A DNA stretch of 47,624 bases from an uncultured Methylophilaceae bacterium (GCA_964584185.1 CAZOZB010000017.1:1-47624); one strand, 5' to 3'. Counted from the stretch's first letter, positions 31,742 through 47,313 are shown. Notes: a model not told the origin generated them from the sequence alone. A program made the numbers and translations.

Positions 31742-33667
31742 ATGCGATTCCCAGATAAATTTGATGTGATTGTGGTGGGTGGTGGTCACGCCGGAACGGA
31801 AGCGGCGCTGGCAAGCGCGCGCATGGGTCGTAAAACCCTGCTGCTTACTCACAATATAGAGACCTTGGGCCAGATGTCCTGCAATCCCTCCATAGGCGGC
31901 ATAGGCAAGGGTCACCTGGTTAAAGAGATAGACGCGCTGGGCGGCGCCATGGCGGCCGCTACCGATGAGGGCGGCATTCAGTTCCGCATACTCAACTCCA
32001 GTAAAGGCCCGGCTGTTCGTGCGACGCGTGCACAGGCTGATCGCATTCTATATAAGGCGGCAATTCGCCAGCGCCTGGAGAACCAGCCGAACCTCTGGTT
32101 GTTCCAGCAAGCCGTAGATGACATTATCCTGGATGGTGATCGCGCTGCGGGAGTGGTGACCCAATTAGGTTTACGCTTCGAATCAAAGGCCGTGGTCCTG
32201 ACTGCGGGTACCTTTCTGGCGGGCTTGATCCATGTCGGCATGAGCAATTACCAGGCTGGCCGTGCGGGCGATCCGCCTGCAATCTCGTTGGCTGCCAGGT
32301 TGCGTGAAATCGGTTTGCCGGCTGGCCGCCTTAAGACCGGTACGCCGCCGCGTATTGATGGGCGCACCATCGATTATTCCGTGATGCAGGAACAGCCTGG
32401 TGATAACCCGGTCCCGGTATTTTCGTTTCTGGGCCATGCCAGCCAGCATCCTGCGCAGGTACCTTGCTGGATTACCCATACCAATGAGCGCACGCACGAG
32501 ATCATACGCAGCGGCCTGGATCGCTCGCCCATGTACACCGGCGTGATCGAAGGTGTGGGTCCACGCTACTGCCCTTCTGTCGAAGACAAGATTCACCGTT
32601 TTGCCGATAAGGAATCGCATCAGATTTTTCTGGAGCCTGAAGGCCTGACCACCAACGAGATTTACCCTAACGGTATTTCGACCAGTTTGCCTTTCGATAT
32701 CCAGTATCAACTGGTGCGCTCCATCCGCGGCCTGGAGAATGCTCATATCCTGCGCCCGGGTTATGCGATCGAATATGATTATTACGATCCGCGTGCTTTG
32801 AAAAGCTCGCTGGAAACCAAAGCCATACAAGGTCTTTTCTTCGCAGGCCAGATCAACGGCACCACGGGCTATGAAGAAGCCGGTGCACAGGGTTTGCTGG
32901 CTGGCGCAAACGCTGCACTGTATTCGTCTGACGCACCAAGCTGGTGCCCGGCTCGTGATCAAGCCTACCTTGGCGTGCTGGTCGATGACTTGATAACCAC
33001 AGGCGTCACAGAGCCCTACCGCATGTTTACCAGCCGTGCCGAATACCGCCTGATGTTGCGTGAAGACAATGCGGATATGCGACTGACGGAAGCCGGCCGA
33101 AAAATCGGCCTGGTGGACGATGAGCGCTGGGAGCAGTTTGCCCGTAAACAGGATGCGATTGCGCGTGAGCAGGAGCGTCTCAAGCGCACCTTTGTGCAGC
33201 CGGGAACCTTGCCGGCAGAGGATGCGATGCGCGTGCTAGGCAAACCGATTGAGCATGAATACTCACTGTTTGAGCTGCTGCGTCGTCCTGATGTCAGTTA
33301 CGAATCATTGCTCAGCCTGCCTTTGGCGGGTTTGCAGGATGAAAGCATGAGTGGGCCGATTGATGAACAGGTACGGTTGCAAGTGGAAATCGCCGCCAAG
33401 TATCAGGGCTATATCGATCGGCAGGCCGAAGAAATCGAGCGTCAGCGCGGCAGTGAGATTATCAAACTGCCTGCGGACCTGGATTATCGCGATGTGCATG
33501 GTCTTTCCATCGAGGCGCAGCAAAAGCTGAATGCACAGAAGCCAGAAACCATCGGGCAGGCCAGCCGTATCAGCGGCATCACGCCGGTGACCATCTCGCT
33601 GCTATTGGTTTACCTGAAGCGCAAAGGCCGCAACAAGGCGGCTAACTCACCGGAAAAAGTAGCATGA
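31742..33667 (+). CDS. mnmG: tRNA uridine 5-carboxymethylaminomethyl modification enzyme MnmG (GidA).
   Basis: 641 aa with the FAD-binding N-terminus [15 protein letters not shown]. Confidence 0.97.
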   Translation: MRFPDKFDVIVVGGGHAGTEAALASARMGRKTLLLTHNIETLGQMSCNPSIGGIGKGHLVKEIDALGGAMAAATDEGGIQFRILNSSKGPAVRATRAQADRILYKAAIRQRLENQPNLWLFQQAVDDIILDGDRAAGVVTQLGLRFESKAVVLTAGTFLAGLIHVGMSNYQAGRAGDPPAISLAARLREIGLPAGRLKTGTPPRIDGRTIDYSVMQEQPGDNPVPVFSFLGHASQHPAQVPCWITHTNERTHEIIRSGLDRSPMYTGVIEGVGPRYCPSVEDKIHRFADKESHQIFLEPEGLTTNEIYPNGISTSLPFDIQYQLVRSIRGLENAHILRPGYAIEYDYYDPRALKSSLETKAIQGLFFAGQINGTTGYEEAGAQGLLAGANAALYSSDAPSWCPARDQAYLGVLVDDLITTGVTEPYRMFTSRAEYRLMLREDNADMRLTEAGRKIGLVDDERWEQFARKQDAIAREQERLKRTFVQPGTLPAEDAMRVLGKPIEHEYSLFELLRRPDVSYESLLSLPLAGLQDESMSGPIDEQVRLQVEIAAKYQGYIDRQAEEIERQRGSEIIKLPADLDYRDVHGLSIEAQQKLNAQKPETIGQASRISGITPVTISLLLVYLKRKGRNKAANSPEKVA

Positions 33668-34326
33668 GTCCGTTCGATACCGACGTGCTGAAAACCAGGC
33701 TGCAAAATGGCCTGGCGGAGATGGGCCTGACAATACCGGTGCCGACTCAGCAGAAGTTGCTGGATTATCTGGCGCTGATCCATAAGTGGAATAAGGTGCA
33801 TAACCTGACAGCCGTGCGCGAGCCGGAAGAGATGGTGACTTTGCATCTGCTCGACAGCCTGTCCGTATTGCCGCACATTCAGGCAGAGCGCCTGCTGGAC
33901 GTCGGTAGTGGCGCTGGCTTGCCCGGCATACCGCTGGCGCTTTGCCTGCCTGAGTTGCAAGTCACGGTACTGGATTCCAGCCACAAGAAAGCCAGCTTCA
34001 TGCGCCAGGTAAAGGCGGAGCTGGAAATCGCCAATCTTGACGTTGTCTGTGGCCGCGTAGAACAGTTCAAACCCAGTGACTTATATGACGTGATTATCTC
34101 GCGTGCCTTTTCAGACCTGAATCTGTTTACGAGTTTGACTAGGCATCTATGCAAGCCTAATGGCCAGTGGCTTGCCATGAAGGGTGTGCATCCATACGAA
34201 GAGTTGGCCCAAATCAGCATCCAGCCATCGCAAGTTGTGCCATTGACAGTCGCCGGGCTGGAGGCGCAACGACATTTGGTGTTCCTGCCATTTAATCCAC
34301 AAGATATCACTTCCAAGGCGGCTTAA
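33664..34326 (+). CDS. rsmG: 16S rRNA (guanine527-N7)-methyltransferase RsmG (GidB).
   Basis: 220 aa with a SAM-methyltransferase fold. It overlaps the mnmG stop by 4 bp. Confidence 0.9.
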   Translation: MSPFDTDVLKTRLQNGLAEMGLTIPVPTQQKLLDYLALIHKWNKVHNLTAVREPEEMVTLHLLDSLSVLPHIQAERLLDVGSGAGLPGIPLALCLPELQVTVLDSSHKKASFMRQVKAELEIANLDVVCGRVEQFKPSDLYDVIISRAFSDLNLFTSLTRHLCKPNGQWLAMKGVHPYEELAQISIQPSQVVPLTVAGLEAQRHLVFLPFNPQDITSKAA

Positions 34327-34329
34327 TTC

Positions 34330-35115
34330 ATGAAGATTCTGGCGATCAGTAATCAAAAAGGCGGAGTCGGCAAGACCACGACCTGCGTCAATCTGGCGGC
34401 TAGCCTGGCGGCAACCAAGCGGCGCGTGTTGTTGATCGATCTTGACCCACAGGGTAATGCCACTACGGGTAGCGGTGTCGATAAATCTGCGATGAAAAAA
34501 ACCATTTACCATGTGCTGATCGGTAAATCCACGATGAAAGAGGTCATTCAGCCATCGGTCAAAGGCAAGTTCGATGTGGTGCCGGCCAATCGCGACCTGG
34601 CAGGGGCTGAAGTTGAGCTGGTGAATGAGATTGCCCGCGAAACGCGTCTCAAGGTTGCGCTGAAAGAAGTACAGGACAACTACGATTTTGTCCTGATTGA
34701 CTGCCCCCCTGCCCTCAGCCTGATTACAGTCAATGCGCTCACTGCTGCGCATGCGGTGATGATTCCCATGCAATGCGAGTATTTCGCGCTCGAAGGTTTA
34801 TCTGATCTGGTGAATACCATCAAGAAAGTTCGCCTGCATTTGAATCCGGATCTGGAAATTGAAGGCCTGTTACGCACCATGTTCGATAATCGCAACATGC
34901 TGGCGCAGCAGGTATCGGGCGAGTTGGCGCAGCATTTCGGCGACAAGGTCTATCGCACGGTGATCCCTCGCAATATTCGCTTGGCGGAAGCGCCAAGTTA
35001 CGGTGTGCCGGTGCTATTTCACGACCGCGCTTCAAAAGGCGCACAGGCCTATCTGGCATTAGCCGGCGAAATTATCAATCGTCAAACCACGCAGCGCGCT
35101 GCAAGTACAAGTTAA
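34330..35115 (+). CDS. parA: Chromosome partitioning ATPase ParA (Soj).
   Basis: 261 aa with the deviant Walker A motif KGGVGKTT. Confidence 0.92.
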   Translation: MKILAISNQKGGVGKTTTCVNLAASLAATKRRVLLIDLDPQGNATTGSGVDKSAMKKTIYHVLIGKSTMKEVIQPSVKGKFDVVPANRDLAGAEVELVNEIARETRLKVALKEVQDNYDFVLIDCPPALSLITVNALTAAHAVMIPMQCEYFALEGLSDLVNTIKKVRLHLNPDLEIEGLLRTMFDNRNMLAQQVSGELAQHFGDKVYRTVIPRNIRLAEAPSYGVPVLFHDRASKGAQAYLALAGEIINRQTTQRAASTS

Positions 35116-35123
35116 GGAACGTT

Positions 35124-35984
35124 ATGGTTAAGCTCAAAGGTCTGGGCCGCGGACTGGATTCATTGCTTTCCGGCGATGACAGCACGATAAGCGATGCTGA
35201 TGCATTAAAGATGTTGAAAGTCGTTCAGTTGCAGCCAGGCAAATATCAGCCGCGTACGCACATGGACCAGGAGTCCCTGGCCAACCTGGCTGAATCCATC
35301 AGATCGCAGGGCATCATGCAGCCGATTCTGGTTCGTGCCATTTCCAACGATCGCTACGAGATTATTGCCGGCGAAAGGCGCTGGCGCGCTTCCCAGCTTG
35401 CCGGCCTGGAAGAAGTGCCTGTGCTGGTGCGGGATATCCCGGATGAATCTGCGCTGGCGATGGCGTTGATCGAGAACATACAGCGTGAAAATCTCAATCC
35501 ACTGGAAGAGGCGCAAGGTATCAAGCGCCTGATCGACGAATTCTCGATGACGCACCAATTGGCCGCGGATGCTGTTGGCCGTTCACGCGCGGCTGTGACC
35601 AACCTATTGCGGCTTTTGAATTTACTGCCCTCTGTGCAGACCATGCTGATGCAAGGCAAGATCGACATGGGCCATGCACGCGCGCTTCTGAGTCTGGATG
35701 GCGCCAAGCAAGTGATGGCTGCCGAACAAGTGTCAGCAAAGCAACTTTCGGTACGAGAGGCTGAGCAACTGGTAAAACGACTATCTGCCGAGGTTAAAAA
35801 ACCAGCCAAACAGGTGGCACAAGATCGCGACGTGCTGCGTTTGCAGGAAAACCTGGCAGACCAGCTTGGGGCGGCAGTGCAGATACAAACTGGTCGCGGA
35901 GGCGCTGGAACCTTGAAAATCCGCTATACCACGCTCGACCAGCTGGATGGCATCATCGCCAAATTAAAGGGTTCAAGCCACTGA
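35124..35984 (+). CDS. parB: Chromosome partitioning protein ParB (Spo0J), which binds parS.
   Basis: 286 aa with the ParB box GERRWRA and a helix-turn-helix domain. Confidence 0.92.
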   Translation: MVKLKGLGRGLDSLLSGDDSTISDADALKMLKVVQLQPGKYQPRTHMDQESLANLAESIRSQGIMQPILVRAISNDRYEIIAGERRWRASQLAGLEEVPVLVRDIPDESALAMALIENIQRENLNPLEEAQGIKRLIDEFSMTHQLAADAVGRSRAAVTNLLRLLNLLPSVQTMLMQGKIDMGHARALLSLDGAKQVMAAEQVSAKQLSVREAEQLVKRLSAEVKKPAKQVAQDRDVLRLQENLADQLGAAVQIQTGRGGAGTLKIRYTTLDQLDGIIAKLKGSSH

Positions 35985-36099
35985 TAGGCTTGACTTATGA
36001 GGCATTAAACAAGACAATTCGGGGCTTGATAATTTTTGCGGTCATATGGCTGCAACAAATTTGTAAAACTAGCTCGGTAGACTTCAGTTCGGAATTCAC

Positions 36100-37331
<1,232 letters not shown>

Positions 37332-37350
37332 TTTATTTGTAATTCAGTAG

Positions 37351-37668
<318 letters not shown>

Positions 37669-37737
37669 GTCGTTAACTTACCAGTTTAGCTGCGAGGTCT
37701 CGTCAAAGTCATTGGACTTTGCAGCTAGGAGCAAAAG

Positions 37738-38208
37738 ATGAATATAAACCTGACACTCTTTGCGCAGGCTATTACATTCGCAGTGCTGATTTGGTTTACC
37801 GCCAAGTTCATTTGGCCACCTTTATTGGGTGCCATCGAAAAGCGCCAGAAAGAAATCGCGGATGGTTTGGCAGCAGGTGAGCGTGGCCGTAACGAGTTGG
37901 AGCAGGCCTCCAAGCGTTCTGCAGAAACTGTGGATGAAGCCAAGCTGCGTGCGAGCGATATTATTTCCCAGGCTGAAAAGCGTGCGACTGAAATCGTAGA
38001 AGCTGCTAAAGAAGCTGCAAAAGCCGAAGGCGACCGCATTATTACCGGCGCCAAGGCTGAAATCGATCAGGAAGTGAACCGCGCAAAAGAAGGTTTGCGT
38101 CAGCAAGTATCTGCCTTGGCAGTGGCTGGTGCGGAAAAGATTCTGCGTAAAGAGATCGATGCTAAAGCACACGCCGATATGTTAACCACTATCGCTAACG
38201 AGCTATAA
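37738..38208 (+). CDS. atpF: F0F1 ATP synthase subunit b.
   Basis: 156 aa with an N-terminal transmembrane helix and a long Ala/Glu/Lys-rich helix. Confidence 0.9.
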   Translation: MNINLTLFAQAITFAVLIWFTAKFIWPPLLGAIEKRQKEIADGLAAGERGRNELEQASKRSAETVDEAKLRASDIISQAEKRATEIVEAAKEAAKAEGDRIITGAKAEIDQEVNRAKEGLRQQVSALAVAGAEKILRKEIDAKAHADMLTTIANEL

Positions 38209-38224
38209 GAGAGCAAGCACGATT

Positions 38225-38761
38225 ATGGCTGAAGCAATCACTATCGTTAGACCTTATGCCGTAGCTGCGTTTCGCTTGGCTAAAGAGAAAAAAGCGCTGG
38301 CTCAATGGTCTGAAATGCTGAGTTTTGCTGCCGCAGTGGCAGCAGACCCGCAAATGAAGGCTTATATCGACGATCCTAAAGTCACTGCAGTGGAACTGGA
38401 ACAGATGTTCCTTTCCATCTGTGACAAGAAGCTCGATGAGTCTGGCATCAATTTGATCAAGCTACTCGGAGAGTACGGCCGTCTGGCATTGCTGCCAGAA
38501 GTGGCGCAAGCCTTTGAAGAACTGAAGGCTGAAGATGAAGGTGTGCTTGAGGCGGAAATTACCGCAGCAGCCAAACCAACAGATAGCGCAGTCAAAGCCT
38601 TGGTGAAGCGTTTGGAAACCAAGTTCGGCAAGAAAATCGAAGCAAGCGTTAAAGTTGATCCAGAGCTTATTGGCGGGATCAAGATTGTGATTGGCGATAC
38701 AGTCATCGACGCTTCCGTCCGTGGTCAACTACAAGAGTTGGCCTACACGCTTAAAAGTTAG
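38225..38761 (+). CDS. atpH: F0F1 ATP synthase subunit delta.
   Basis: 178 aa, OSCP family, at the expected operon position. Confidence 0.9.
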   Translation: MAEAITIVRPYAVAAFRLAKEKKALAQWSEMLSFAAAVAADPQMKAYIDDPKVTAVELEQMFLSICDKKLDESGINLIKLLGEYGRLALLPEVAQAFEELKAEDEGVLEAEITAAAKPTDSAVKALVKRLETKFGKKIEASVKVDPELIGGIKIVIGDTVIDASVRGQLQELAYTLKS

Positions 38762-38787
38762 GCCATAAAAGGTCAGGAGACAGAGTA

Positions 38788-40329
38788 ATGCAGTTATCCA
38801 CATCAGAAATCAGTGAACTGATTAAAAGCAGATTAGAGAACTACAACACCAGTGCAGAAGCACGTACCCAGGGTACCGTGATTTCTGTCACCGACGGTAT
38901 TGTACGTATCCACGGTTTGTCCAATGTCATGGCGGGTGAAATGATTGAGTTCCCCGGCAATACATTCGGCCTGGCACTCAACCTTGAGCGTGACTCAGTA
39001 GGTGCCGTGGTTTTGGGCCCATACGAACACATCACCGAAGGCGATACCTGTAAATGTACAGGCCGCATTCTGGAAGTGCCGGTTGGTCCGGAACTGATCG
39101 GTCGCGTAGTTAACGCCCTGGGTCAGCCGATTGACGGCAAAGGCCCGGTAAACGCCAAGATCACCGACAAGATTGAAAAAGTCGCTCCTGGTGTTATCGC
39201 CCGTAAATCCGTTTCCCAGCCAGTGCAAACCGGTTTGAAATCAGTTGATTCCATGGTGCCGGTTGGCCGTGGTCAACGTGAGCTGATCATTGGTGACCGC
39301 CAGACTGGTAAGACAGCGGTAGCCGTTGATGCCATCATCAACCAGAAGGGTCAGAGCATGACCTGTATCTATGTTGCGATTGGTCAAAAGGCTTCAACCA
39401 TTGCCAACGTGGTTCGCAAGCTGGAAGAAAACGGCGCGATGGAATACACCATCGTTGTTGCCGCTTCCGCTTCAGATTCCGCAGCGCTGCAATTCATTGC
39501 ACCATACGCCGGTTGTACCATGGGCGAATACTTCCGTGACCGCGGTGAAGATGCATTGATCGTATACGATGACTTGACCAAGCAAGCGATCGCTTATCGT
39601 CAAATCTCCCTGTTGCTGCGCCGTCCACCAGGCCGTGAAGCTTATCCAGGCGACGTTTTCTACATCCACTCACGTCTGCTTGAGCGTGCTGCTCGCGTCA
39701 ACGAAGAGTATGTCGAGAAATTCACTAATGGCGCTGTCAAAGGCAAGACCGGTTCATTGACCGCCCTGCCAGTGATTGAAACTGCCGCTGGCGACGTTTC
39801 CGCGTTCGTTCCAACCAACGTGATTTCGATTACCGACGGTCAGATCTTCCTGGAAACCGACTTGTTCAACGCTGGTATCCGTCCTGCGATCAACGCTGGT
39901 ATTTCAGTGTCTCGCGTTGGTGGTGCCGCGCAAACCAAGGTCATCAAGAAACTGGGCGGCGGTGTGCGTCTGGCATTGGCCCAGTACCGTGAACTGGCTG
40001 CGTTCGCGCAGTTCGCTTCCGATCTGGACGAGGCAACCCGTAAGCAACTGGAACGCGGTCGCATGTTCACTGAGTTGATGAAGCAAGCGCAATACGCACC
40101 TTTGAGCGTGTCTGACATGGCCTTGACCTTGCTGGCTGCGAATAAGGGCTACTTTGATGATGTGCCTGTCAATCGTGCGCTGGCTTTTGAAGCTGCGCTT
40201 CATTCCTTTATGGCTTCCAAGTACAAGAGCCTGATGGACAAGATCGAAACCACCAAGGATTTGGCTGGTGACGACGAGAAGGCAGTCGAAGCTGCGATCC
40301 AGGACTTCAAAGCCAATAACGCGTATTAA
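38788..40329 (+). CDS. atpA: F0F1 ATP synthase subunit alpha.
   Basis: 513 aa with the Walker A motif GDRQTGKT. Confidence 0.97.
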   Translation: MQLSTSEISELIKSRLENYNTSAEARTQGTVISVTDGIVRIHGLSNVMAGEMIEFPGNTFGLALNLERDSVGAVVLGPYEHITEGDTCKCTGRILEVPVGPELIGRVVNALGQPIDGKGPVNAKITDKIEKVAPGVIARKSVSQPVQTGLKSVDSMVPVGRGQRELIIGDRQTGKTAVAVDAIINQKGQSMTCIYVAIGQKASTIANVVRKLEENGAMEYTIVVAASASDSAALQFIAPYAGCTMGEYFRDRGEDALIVYDDLTKQAIAYRQISLLLRRPPGREAYPGDVFYIHSRLLERAARVNEEYVEKFTNGAVKGKTGSLTALPVIETAAGDVSAFVPTNVISITDGQIFLETDLFNAGIRPAINAGISVSRVGGAAQTKVIKKLGGGVRLALAQYRELAAFAQFASDLDEATRKQLERGRMFTELMKQAQYAPLSVSDMALTLLAANKGYFDDVPVNRALAFEAALHSFMASKYKSLMDKIETTKDLAGDDEKAVEAAIQDFKANNAY

Positions 40330-40370
40330 TAGCGCGCTTACTGACGCTTACATAAATAGGCAGATAAACA

Positions 40371-41252
40371 ATGGCCGGTAGCAAAGAGATTAGAACCAAG
40401 ATCAAGAGTGTAGAAAATACACGCAAGATCACCAAAGCGATGGAAATGGTCGCCGCATCGAAAATGCGCAAGGCGCAGGAACGTATGCGCGCAGCTCGTC
40501 CTTATGCGGAAAAGATTCGCAATGTGGCAGCTCACCTTTCCAAAGCGAACCCTGAGTACAAGCACCCATTCATGGTGAAACGTGACAATGTCGCGAACAT
40601 CGGTGTGATTGTCGTCAGCTCGGACAAAGGTCTGTGCGGCGGCTTGAACACCAATGTCTTGCGTATGTCGCTTAATCGCATGAAAGCTTGGGAAGCCGAA
40701 GGCAAAGGCGTTGCAGTCAGCGCCATTGGCAATAAAGGTTTCGGTTTCATGGGGCGCGTTGGTGGCAACATCAAGTCGCACGTGATTGGCCTGGGCGATG
40801 CGCCGCATATGGATAAGCTGATCGGCCCGATCAAAGTCATGCTGGACGCTTATGTGGCAGGTGAAATCGACCAGCTCTTTATCGGCTACACACGCTTCAT
40901 CAATACCATGAAGCAAGAGCCGGTGATGGAACAATTGCTGCCACTTACCAGTGAGCATCTGGCACAAGACGATGCCAGCGCACAAGGCCATTGGGATTAC
41001 ATCTACGAGCCGGATGCCAAGACCGTGCTGGATGATTTGATGACACGCTATATCGAATCGCTCATCTATCACTCAGTTGCTGAAAACATGGCTTCTGAGC
41101 AAAGTGCACGTATGGTCGCGATGAAATCCGCATCAGACAACGCCAAGAATGTTATCGGCGAACTGAAGCTGGTCTATAACAAAGCCCGCCAGGCCGCGAT
41201 TACAAAAGAAATTTCGGAAATCGTCGGCGGCGCTGCGGCGGTAAGTTCTTAA
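40371..41252 (+). CDS. atpG: F0F1 ATP synthase subunit gamma.
   Basis: 293 aa, gamma-like (…EIRTKIKSV…[18 protein letters not shown]…). Confidence 0.95.
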   Translation: MAGSKEIRTKIKSVENTRKITKAMEMVAASKMRKAQERMRAARPYAEKIRNVAAHLSKANPEYKHPFMVKRDNVANIGVIVVSSDKGLCGGLNTNVLRMSLNRMKAWEAEGKGVAVSAIGNKGFGFMGRVGGNIKSHVIGLGDAPHMDKLIGPIKVMLDAYVAGEIDQLFIGYTRFINTMKQEPVMEQLLPLTSEHLAQDDASAQGHWDYIYEPDAKTVLDDLMTRYIESLIYHSVAENMASEQSARMVAMKSASDNAKNVIGELKLVYNKARQAAITKEISEIVGGAAAVSS

Positions 41253-41273
41253 CGATAGCAACAAGCAGTTTGA

Positions 41274-42734
<1,461 letters not shown>

Positions 42735-42807
42735 GCCTATGAATTAAAGCAACAATGCACCTGAGTGTGCATTGTAACTATTCATTAAAAGCTAAAGAGA
42801 ACATACC

Positions 42808-43233
42808 ATGGCAATGACAATACATGTGGACGTAGTAAGTGCTGAAGAGTCCATCTTTTCCGGTGAGGCAGAGTTTGTTGCTGCGCCGGCCAAGATGGGC
42901 GAAGTCGGTATCTACCCGCGCCACACTCCAATGATCACTCCGATCAAAGCGGGTGCCCTGCGTATCAAGCTGCCGAATGAAGGTGAAGAACAATTGATCT
43001 TTATCTCCGGCGGTTTGCTTGAAGTGCAACCCGGCGTGATTACCGTGCTGGCCGATACTGCGATTCGCGGACATGACCTGGATGAAGCCAAAGCTAATGA
43101 AGCCAAGAAGGCGGCTGAAGAAGCGATGCGCAACAACAGTTCCGATATCGATTATGCACGTGCACAAATCGAATTGTCTGAGGCTGTTGCCCAGCTCCAC
43201 GCGATTGAGCAGTTACGTAAAATCAAGCATTAA
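42808..43233 (+). CDS. atpC: F0F1 ATP synthase subunit epsilon.
   Basis: 141 aa ([13 protein letters not shown]…). Confidence 0.9.
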   Translation: MAMTIHVDVVSAEESIFSGEAEFVAAPAKMGEVGIYPRHTPMITPIKAGALRIKLPNEGEEQLIFISGGLLEVQPGVITVLADTAIRGHDLDEAKANEAKKAAEEAMRNNSSDIDYARAQIELSEAVAQLHAIEQLRKIKH

Positions 43234-43249
43234 CAAAATCGCAGTTTAT

Positions 43250-43279
43250 AAAAAGGCAGCCCAGGCTGCCTTTTTATTT
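43250..43279. terminator. Bidirectional rho-independent terminator, serving the atp operon on + and the DUF4124 gene on -.
   Basis: AAAAAGGCAGCC-CAGG-CTGCCTTTTTATTT. Confidence 0.7.
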
Positions 43280-43293
43280 GTTGGTAGAGTTGC

Positions 43294-43737
43294 CTACTTG
43301 CATAAAGGTGGTTCTGCTACTTCTGTGCAGTAGTTATATGCTTCTGCTTTAATTCCGCCAAGAGCATTGCGGTACGGAGCAAAACATTCCAGGCTTTCAA
43401 TGTATTTTTGCCGTTGCTGCTCACATGCGGTTTTACTGGAGTTTTCGTCGTCGGGCTCAGTATCTGAGCGTGAGGTCGATGCAGGTTCCTGATTCAAGGG
43501 TTCGCGTTCCAGGATAGCTCTGGCCTTTTCTCTTTTTTGCATTGCCTCTGCCTCATCAGTTGGAGGCTGCGCATCCTTTAATTTTGTTTCATCTGTAGCA
43601 GTATCCTTATATTTTTCCGGGACAGTATCGCCATAATGGACTATTCCCTTTTCATCTACCCACTTATAAATTCCGGCTGCATAACTCAATGTTGAGAGAC
43701 AAGTGATAAGAATCGTTAACACTATCTTGCTGATCAT
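43294..43737 (-). CDS. DUF4124-domain secreted protein.
   Basis: 147 aa with a signal peptide and the DUF4124 motif IYKWVDEKGIVHYGDT. An acidic low-complexity region follows, and there is a Cys-containing C-terminus. Confidence 0.7.
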   Translation of the reverse strand: MISKIVLTILITCLSTLSYAAGIYKWVDEKGIVHYGDTVPEKYKDTATDETKLKDAQPPTDEAEAMQKREKARAILEREPLNQEPASTSRSDTEPDDENSSKTACEQQRQKYIESLECFAPYRNALGGIKAEAYNYCTEVAEPPLCK

Positions 43738-43892
43738 CGTAAATCCTTTCGAGTAAGAATTACATTCCCACCAAACAATGGATTCCTAAGTGCTTACTTA
43801 TCTCTGGAATATCAATCAGGCCTGTTTATAAAGCGATAAGCACCCAAAGCGAAAAGCCGTTAAAATCATAAGATAGACCATTAAAAGACAGA

Positions 43893-45275
43893 ATGATTAC
43901 AGCAATGTCCGCGGAAAAATTGAATATCGTCATCCTTGCTGCCGGCAAGGGGACTCGCATGAACTCTACTCTACCCAAAGTGCTGCATAAGCTGGCAGGT
44001 AAATCCCTGCTTGGTCACGTAGTTGCCGCAGCGAAACAACTAAAACCGAATAAAATCATCGTGGTGTACGGCTATGGTGGCGAAGCTGTTCCCAATGCGT
44101 TTAAAGAAGAAACGATCATTTGGGTCGAGCAAAAGGAACAACTTGGTACAGGCCACGCTGTGCAGCAGGCTGTCACAGCGCTGGATAGCGATGCTAAAAC
44201 CCTGGTATTGCTGGGTGATGTGCCGTTGCTCAGCGTAGAAAGCTGCCAGCAGCTACTGAACCAAACGCAGCAATTGGGATTGTTGACTGTCAGAAAGAGC
44301 GATCCGACCGGATATGGCCGTATCGTGCGTGATGTGCAAAGCAAGGTCAGCGCGATAGTTGAGCACAAAGATGCAACATCGCAACAACGTGCGATCGATG
44401 AAGTGAATACCGGCATCATGGCGGTTAACAATGCTCAGCTCGTTAGCTGGTTATCCAGGCTGCAGAACCAGAATGCGCAAGGCGAGTATTACCTGACTGA
44501 TATCGTTGCAATGGCAGTCGGTGACGGATTTAGCGTGGCAAGCGAGGTCACGCATGATGAATCCTCAGTTGAGGGTGTAAATTCCAAGCAGGACCTGGCG
44601 GGTCTTGAGCGTGTTTACCAGCTACGCAAGGCAGCCGAACTGATGCAGGCCGGTGTCACCTTAAGTGACCCGTTCAGGATAGACATACGTGGCGAGCTGG
44701 AAGTTGGCCGTGATGTTGAAATCGACATAGGTTGCATCTTTGAAGGCCGGGTAAAACTGGCTGATGGCGTAAAAATCGGCGCTTATTGCGTGATTAAAGA
44801 TACGAATATAGGTGCTGGTACGACGGTTGCACCGTTTACCCATACCGATCAAGCGAGCATTGCCGCTGAGTGCCGCATTGGCCCCTACGCGCGTTTGCGG
44901 CCGGGCACAGAGCTGGGCAATGACACGCATGTAGGTAATTTCGTCGAGCTGAAAAATGCACAGGTCGATGTGGGTAGCAAGATCAACCACTTGAGCTATG
45001 TGGGTGATACCACGATCGGCAAGCAGGTCAATATTGGCGCGGGCACCATCACCTGCAACTACGATGGCGTGAATAAATTCCGTACTGTGATTGAAGATAA
45101 TGCCTTTATCGGCTCGGACTCCCAACTGGTCGCTCCCGTGACGGTAGGGGCAGGTGCCACGATAGGAGCAGGCTCTACGATTACCAAAGATGCGCCGGCA
45201 GGCGAACTGACCGTATCACGCGGCAGGCAGGTGACTGTTTCCGGCTGGAAACGTCCTCAAAAAATAAAGAAATAA
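43893..45275 (+). CDS. glmU: Bifunctional UDP-N-acetylglucosamine pyrophosphorylase / glucosamine-1-phosphate N-acetyltransferase.
   Basis: 460 aa with the N-terminal LAAGKGTRM motif and C-terminal left-handed beta-helix hexapeptide repeats. The start could instead be the ATG at 43905. Confidence 0.95.
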   Translation: MITAMSAEKLNIVILAAGKGTRMNSTLPKVLHKLAGKSLLGHVVAAAKQLKPNKIIVVYGYGGEAVPNAFKEETIIWVEQKEQLGTGHAVQQAVTALDSDAKTLVLLGDVPLLSVESCQQLLNQTQQLGLLTVRKSDPTGYGRIVRDVQSKVSAIVEHKDATSQQRAIDEVNTGIMAVNNAQLVSWLSRLQNQNAQGEYYLTDIVAMAVGDGFSVASEVTHDESSVEGVNSKQDLAGLERVYQLRKAAELMQAGVTLSDPFRIDIRGELEVGRDVEIDIGCIFEGRVKLADGVKIGAYCVIKDTNIGAGTTVAPFTHTDQASIAAECRIGPYARLRPGTELGNDTHVGNFVELKNAQVDVGSKINHLSYVGDTTIGKQVNIGAGTITCNYDGVNKFRTVIEDNAFIGSDSQLVAPVTVGAGATIGAGSTITKDAPAGELTVSRGRQVTVSGWKRPQKIKK

Positions 45276-45290
45276 GAAGGTTAAGAATAT

Positions 45291-47123
45291 ATGTGTGGAA
45301 TTGTTGGCGCTGTCGGTTCGCGTAATATTGTCCCTGTCCTTATCGAAGGACTCAGCCGCCTGGAATATCGCGGCTACGATTCGGCCGGCGTTGCAGTGCT
45401 TGCCGGCGATAGCATTCGACGCGTGCGTACTGTTGGCCGGGTGGCCGCCATGCAGGAAAAAGCCAATACGGAAAACCTCACCGGCTTCGTCGGTATTGGT
45501 CACACCCGCTGGGCCACACATGGCGGCGTTACGGAATCGAATGCCCATCCGCATGTGTCACGCGGCGAAATCGCTGTGGTGCATAACGGCATCATCGAGA
45601 ACCATGACGAGCAGCGCGACCGGTTAAAAGCCTTGGGATATGTCTTTGAATCCCAGACCGATACCGAAGTGATCGCCCATCTGATCCATTACTATCTGAC
45701 GCAGGGTTATGGTCTATTGACTGCGGTACAAGCCGCAGTGAAAGAACTGATAGGTGCATTTGCCATCAGCGTGGTTGCGCTCAAATCGCCCGATACCATG
45801 GTCTGCGCGCGTCAGGGTTGCCCATTACTGATAGGCCTGGGTGAAGGCGAGAACTTCATCGCATCCGATGTTTCCGCTGTGCTGTCGGTTACCCGCAAGG
45901 TCATTTATCTGGAAGATGGCGATGTTGCTACCATAGCATGCGCAGGCGTCGATATTTTCGGTGCCGATGGCAAGAGCGTTGAGCGCAAAATCCATCTGAG
46001 TGATGTTTCGCTGGCATCCATGGAGCTGGGTCCTTACTCGCACTTCATGCAGAAGGAAATCCATGAACAGCCGCGCGCACTCACCGATACGATTGAGGCG
46101 CTGATCGACGATGCCAGTTTCAGCCCTGCCCTGTTTGGCCAGGGTGCGGAAGAAGTATTCAAGCAAGTCGACAGTGTGCTGATTTTGGCCGCAGGCACCA
46201 GTTACTATGCAGGCCTTACCGCCAAGTACTGGATCGAGAGCCTGGCCAAGCTGCCGACTTCGGTTGAGATATCCAGTGAATATCGTTATCGCCAATCGGT
46301 GCCTAATCCCAAACAATTGATTGTGACTATCTCGCAATCAGGCGAAACGCTGGATACGATGGAAGCGCTCAAGCACGCCAAGTCACTTGGGCAGAACCTC
46401 ACACTGGCGATCTGTAATGTGCAGGAAAGCGCTATTCCTCGTGCCTCCAGGCTTATTCTCTATACCCGTGCCGGCGCTGAAATCGGCGTAGCTTCTACCA
46501 AAGCATTCACTACCCAGCTGGTAGCGCTGTTTACGCTGGCAGTGACGCTAAGCAAACAACGTGGTTTGCTGACAGCAGAGCAGGAGACCGTGCATCTCGA
46601 TGCTTTGCGTCACCTGCCCGGCAGTGTGCAATATGCGCTGAATCTGGAGCCGCAGATTCGCGAATGGGCGAAAGCATTCGCCAATAAACAGCATGCGCTG
46701 TTCCTGGGGCGTGGTGTGCATTACCCGATAGCGCTGGAAGGTGCTCTCAAGCTCAAGGAGATATCTTATATCCATGCTGAGGCCTATCCCGCAGGCGAGC
46801 TTAAACACGGCCCATTGGCTCTCGTGGATAGCGAGATGCCGGTGGTAGTGATTGCCCCGAATGATGCCTTGCTGGAGAAAGTGAAATCCAATATGCAGGA
46901 AGTCGCAGCGCGTGGTGGTGAATTGTTCGTATTTGCCGATGCGGATAGCCACTTCACCGAGAGTGAAGGCGTGCATGTTATTCGTACACCGCGCCATGTC
47001 GGCGTGTTATCCCCTATTCTGCATACCATACCCGTGCAATTGCTGGCTTATCACGCTGCCCTGTTGAAAGGTACGGATGTCGATAAGCCGAGGAATCTGG
47101 CTAAGTCGGTCACGGTGGAATAG
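45291..47123 (+). CDS. glmS: Glutamine--fructose-6-phosphate aminotransferase.
   Basis: 610 aa with the N-terminal MCGIVG (Cys2 amidotransferase nucleophile), two SIS domains and a C-terminal …VE tail. Confidence 0.97.
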   Translation: MCGIVGAVGSRNIVPVLIEGLSRLEYRGYDSAGVAVLAGDSIRRVRTVGRVAAMQEKANTENLTGFVGIGHTRWATHGGVTESNAHPHVSRGEIAVVHNGIIENHDEQRDRLKALGYVFESQTDTEVIAHLIHYYLTQGYGLLTAVQAAVKELIGAFAISVVALKSPDTMVCARQGCPLLIGLGEGENFIASDVSAVLSVTRKVIYLEDGDVATIACAGVDIFGADGKSVERKIHLSDVSLASMELGPYSHFMQKEIHEQPRALTDTIEALIDDASFSPALFGQGAEEVFKQVDSVLILAAGTSYYAGLTAKYWIESLAKLPTSVEISSEYRYRQSVPNPKQLIVTISQSGETLDTMEALKHAKSLGQNLTLAICNVQESAIPRASRLILYTRAGAEIGVASTKAFTTQLVALFTLAVTLSKQRGLLTAEQETVHLDALRHLPGSVQYALNLEPQIREWAKAFANKQHALFLGRGVHYPIALEGALKLKEISYIHAEAYPAGELKHGPLALVDSEMPVVVIAPNDALLEKVKSNMQEVAARGGELFVFADADSHFTESEGVHVIRTPRHVGVLSPILHTIPVQLLAYHAALLKGTDVDKPRNLAKSVTVE

Positions 47124-47147
47124 ATATTTTTTAATATCTCTCAAGAC

Positions 47148-47177
47148 AAAGCCATCTGAATTCCAGATGGCTTTTTT
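47148..47177 (+). terminator. Rho-independent terminator of glmS.
   Basis: AAAGCCATCTG-GAATTC-CAGATGGCTTTTTTG. Confidence 0.7.
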
Positions 47178-47283
47178 GTATGTGTGAGAAAGCGCCAGGA
47201 TATAAAAAAATCCCCCTCATTTCTGAGAGGGACCCCTAGTATCAAATCCCTATGGAGAAGAATTTGATATAGAAAAAAGTAAA

Positions 47284-47313
47284 AGCTGGTGGGCGGTTAA
47301 GCCAACCAGCTTT
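47284..47313 (-). terminator. Rho-independent terminator of the minus-strand methanol dehydrogenase gene.
   Basis: On the minus strand the sequence reads AAAGCTGGTTGGC-TTAACC-GCCCACCAGCTTTTACTTTTTT. Confidence 0.55.
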
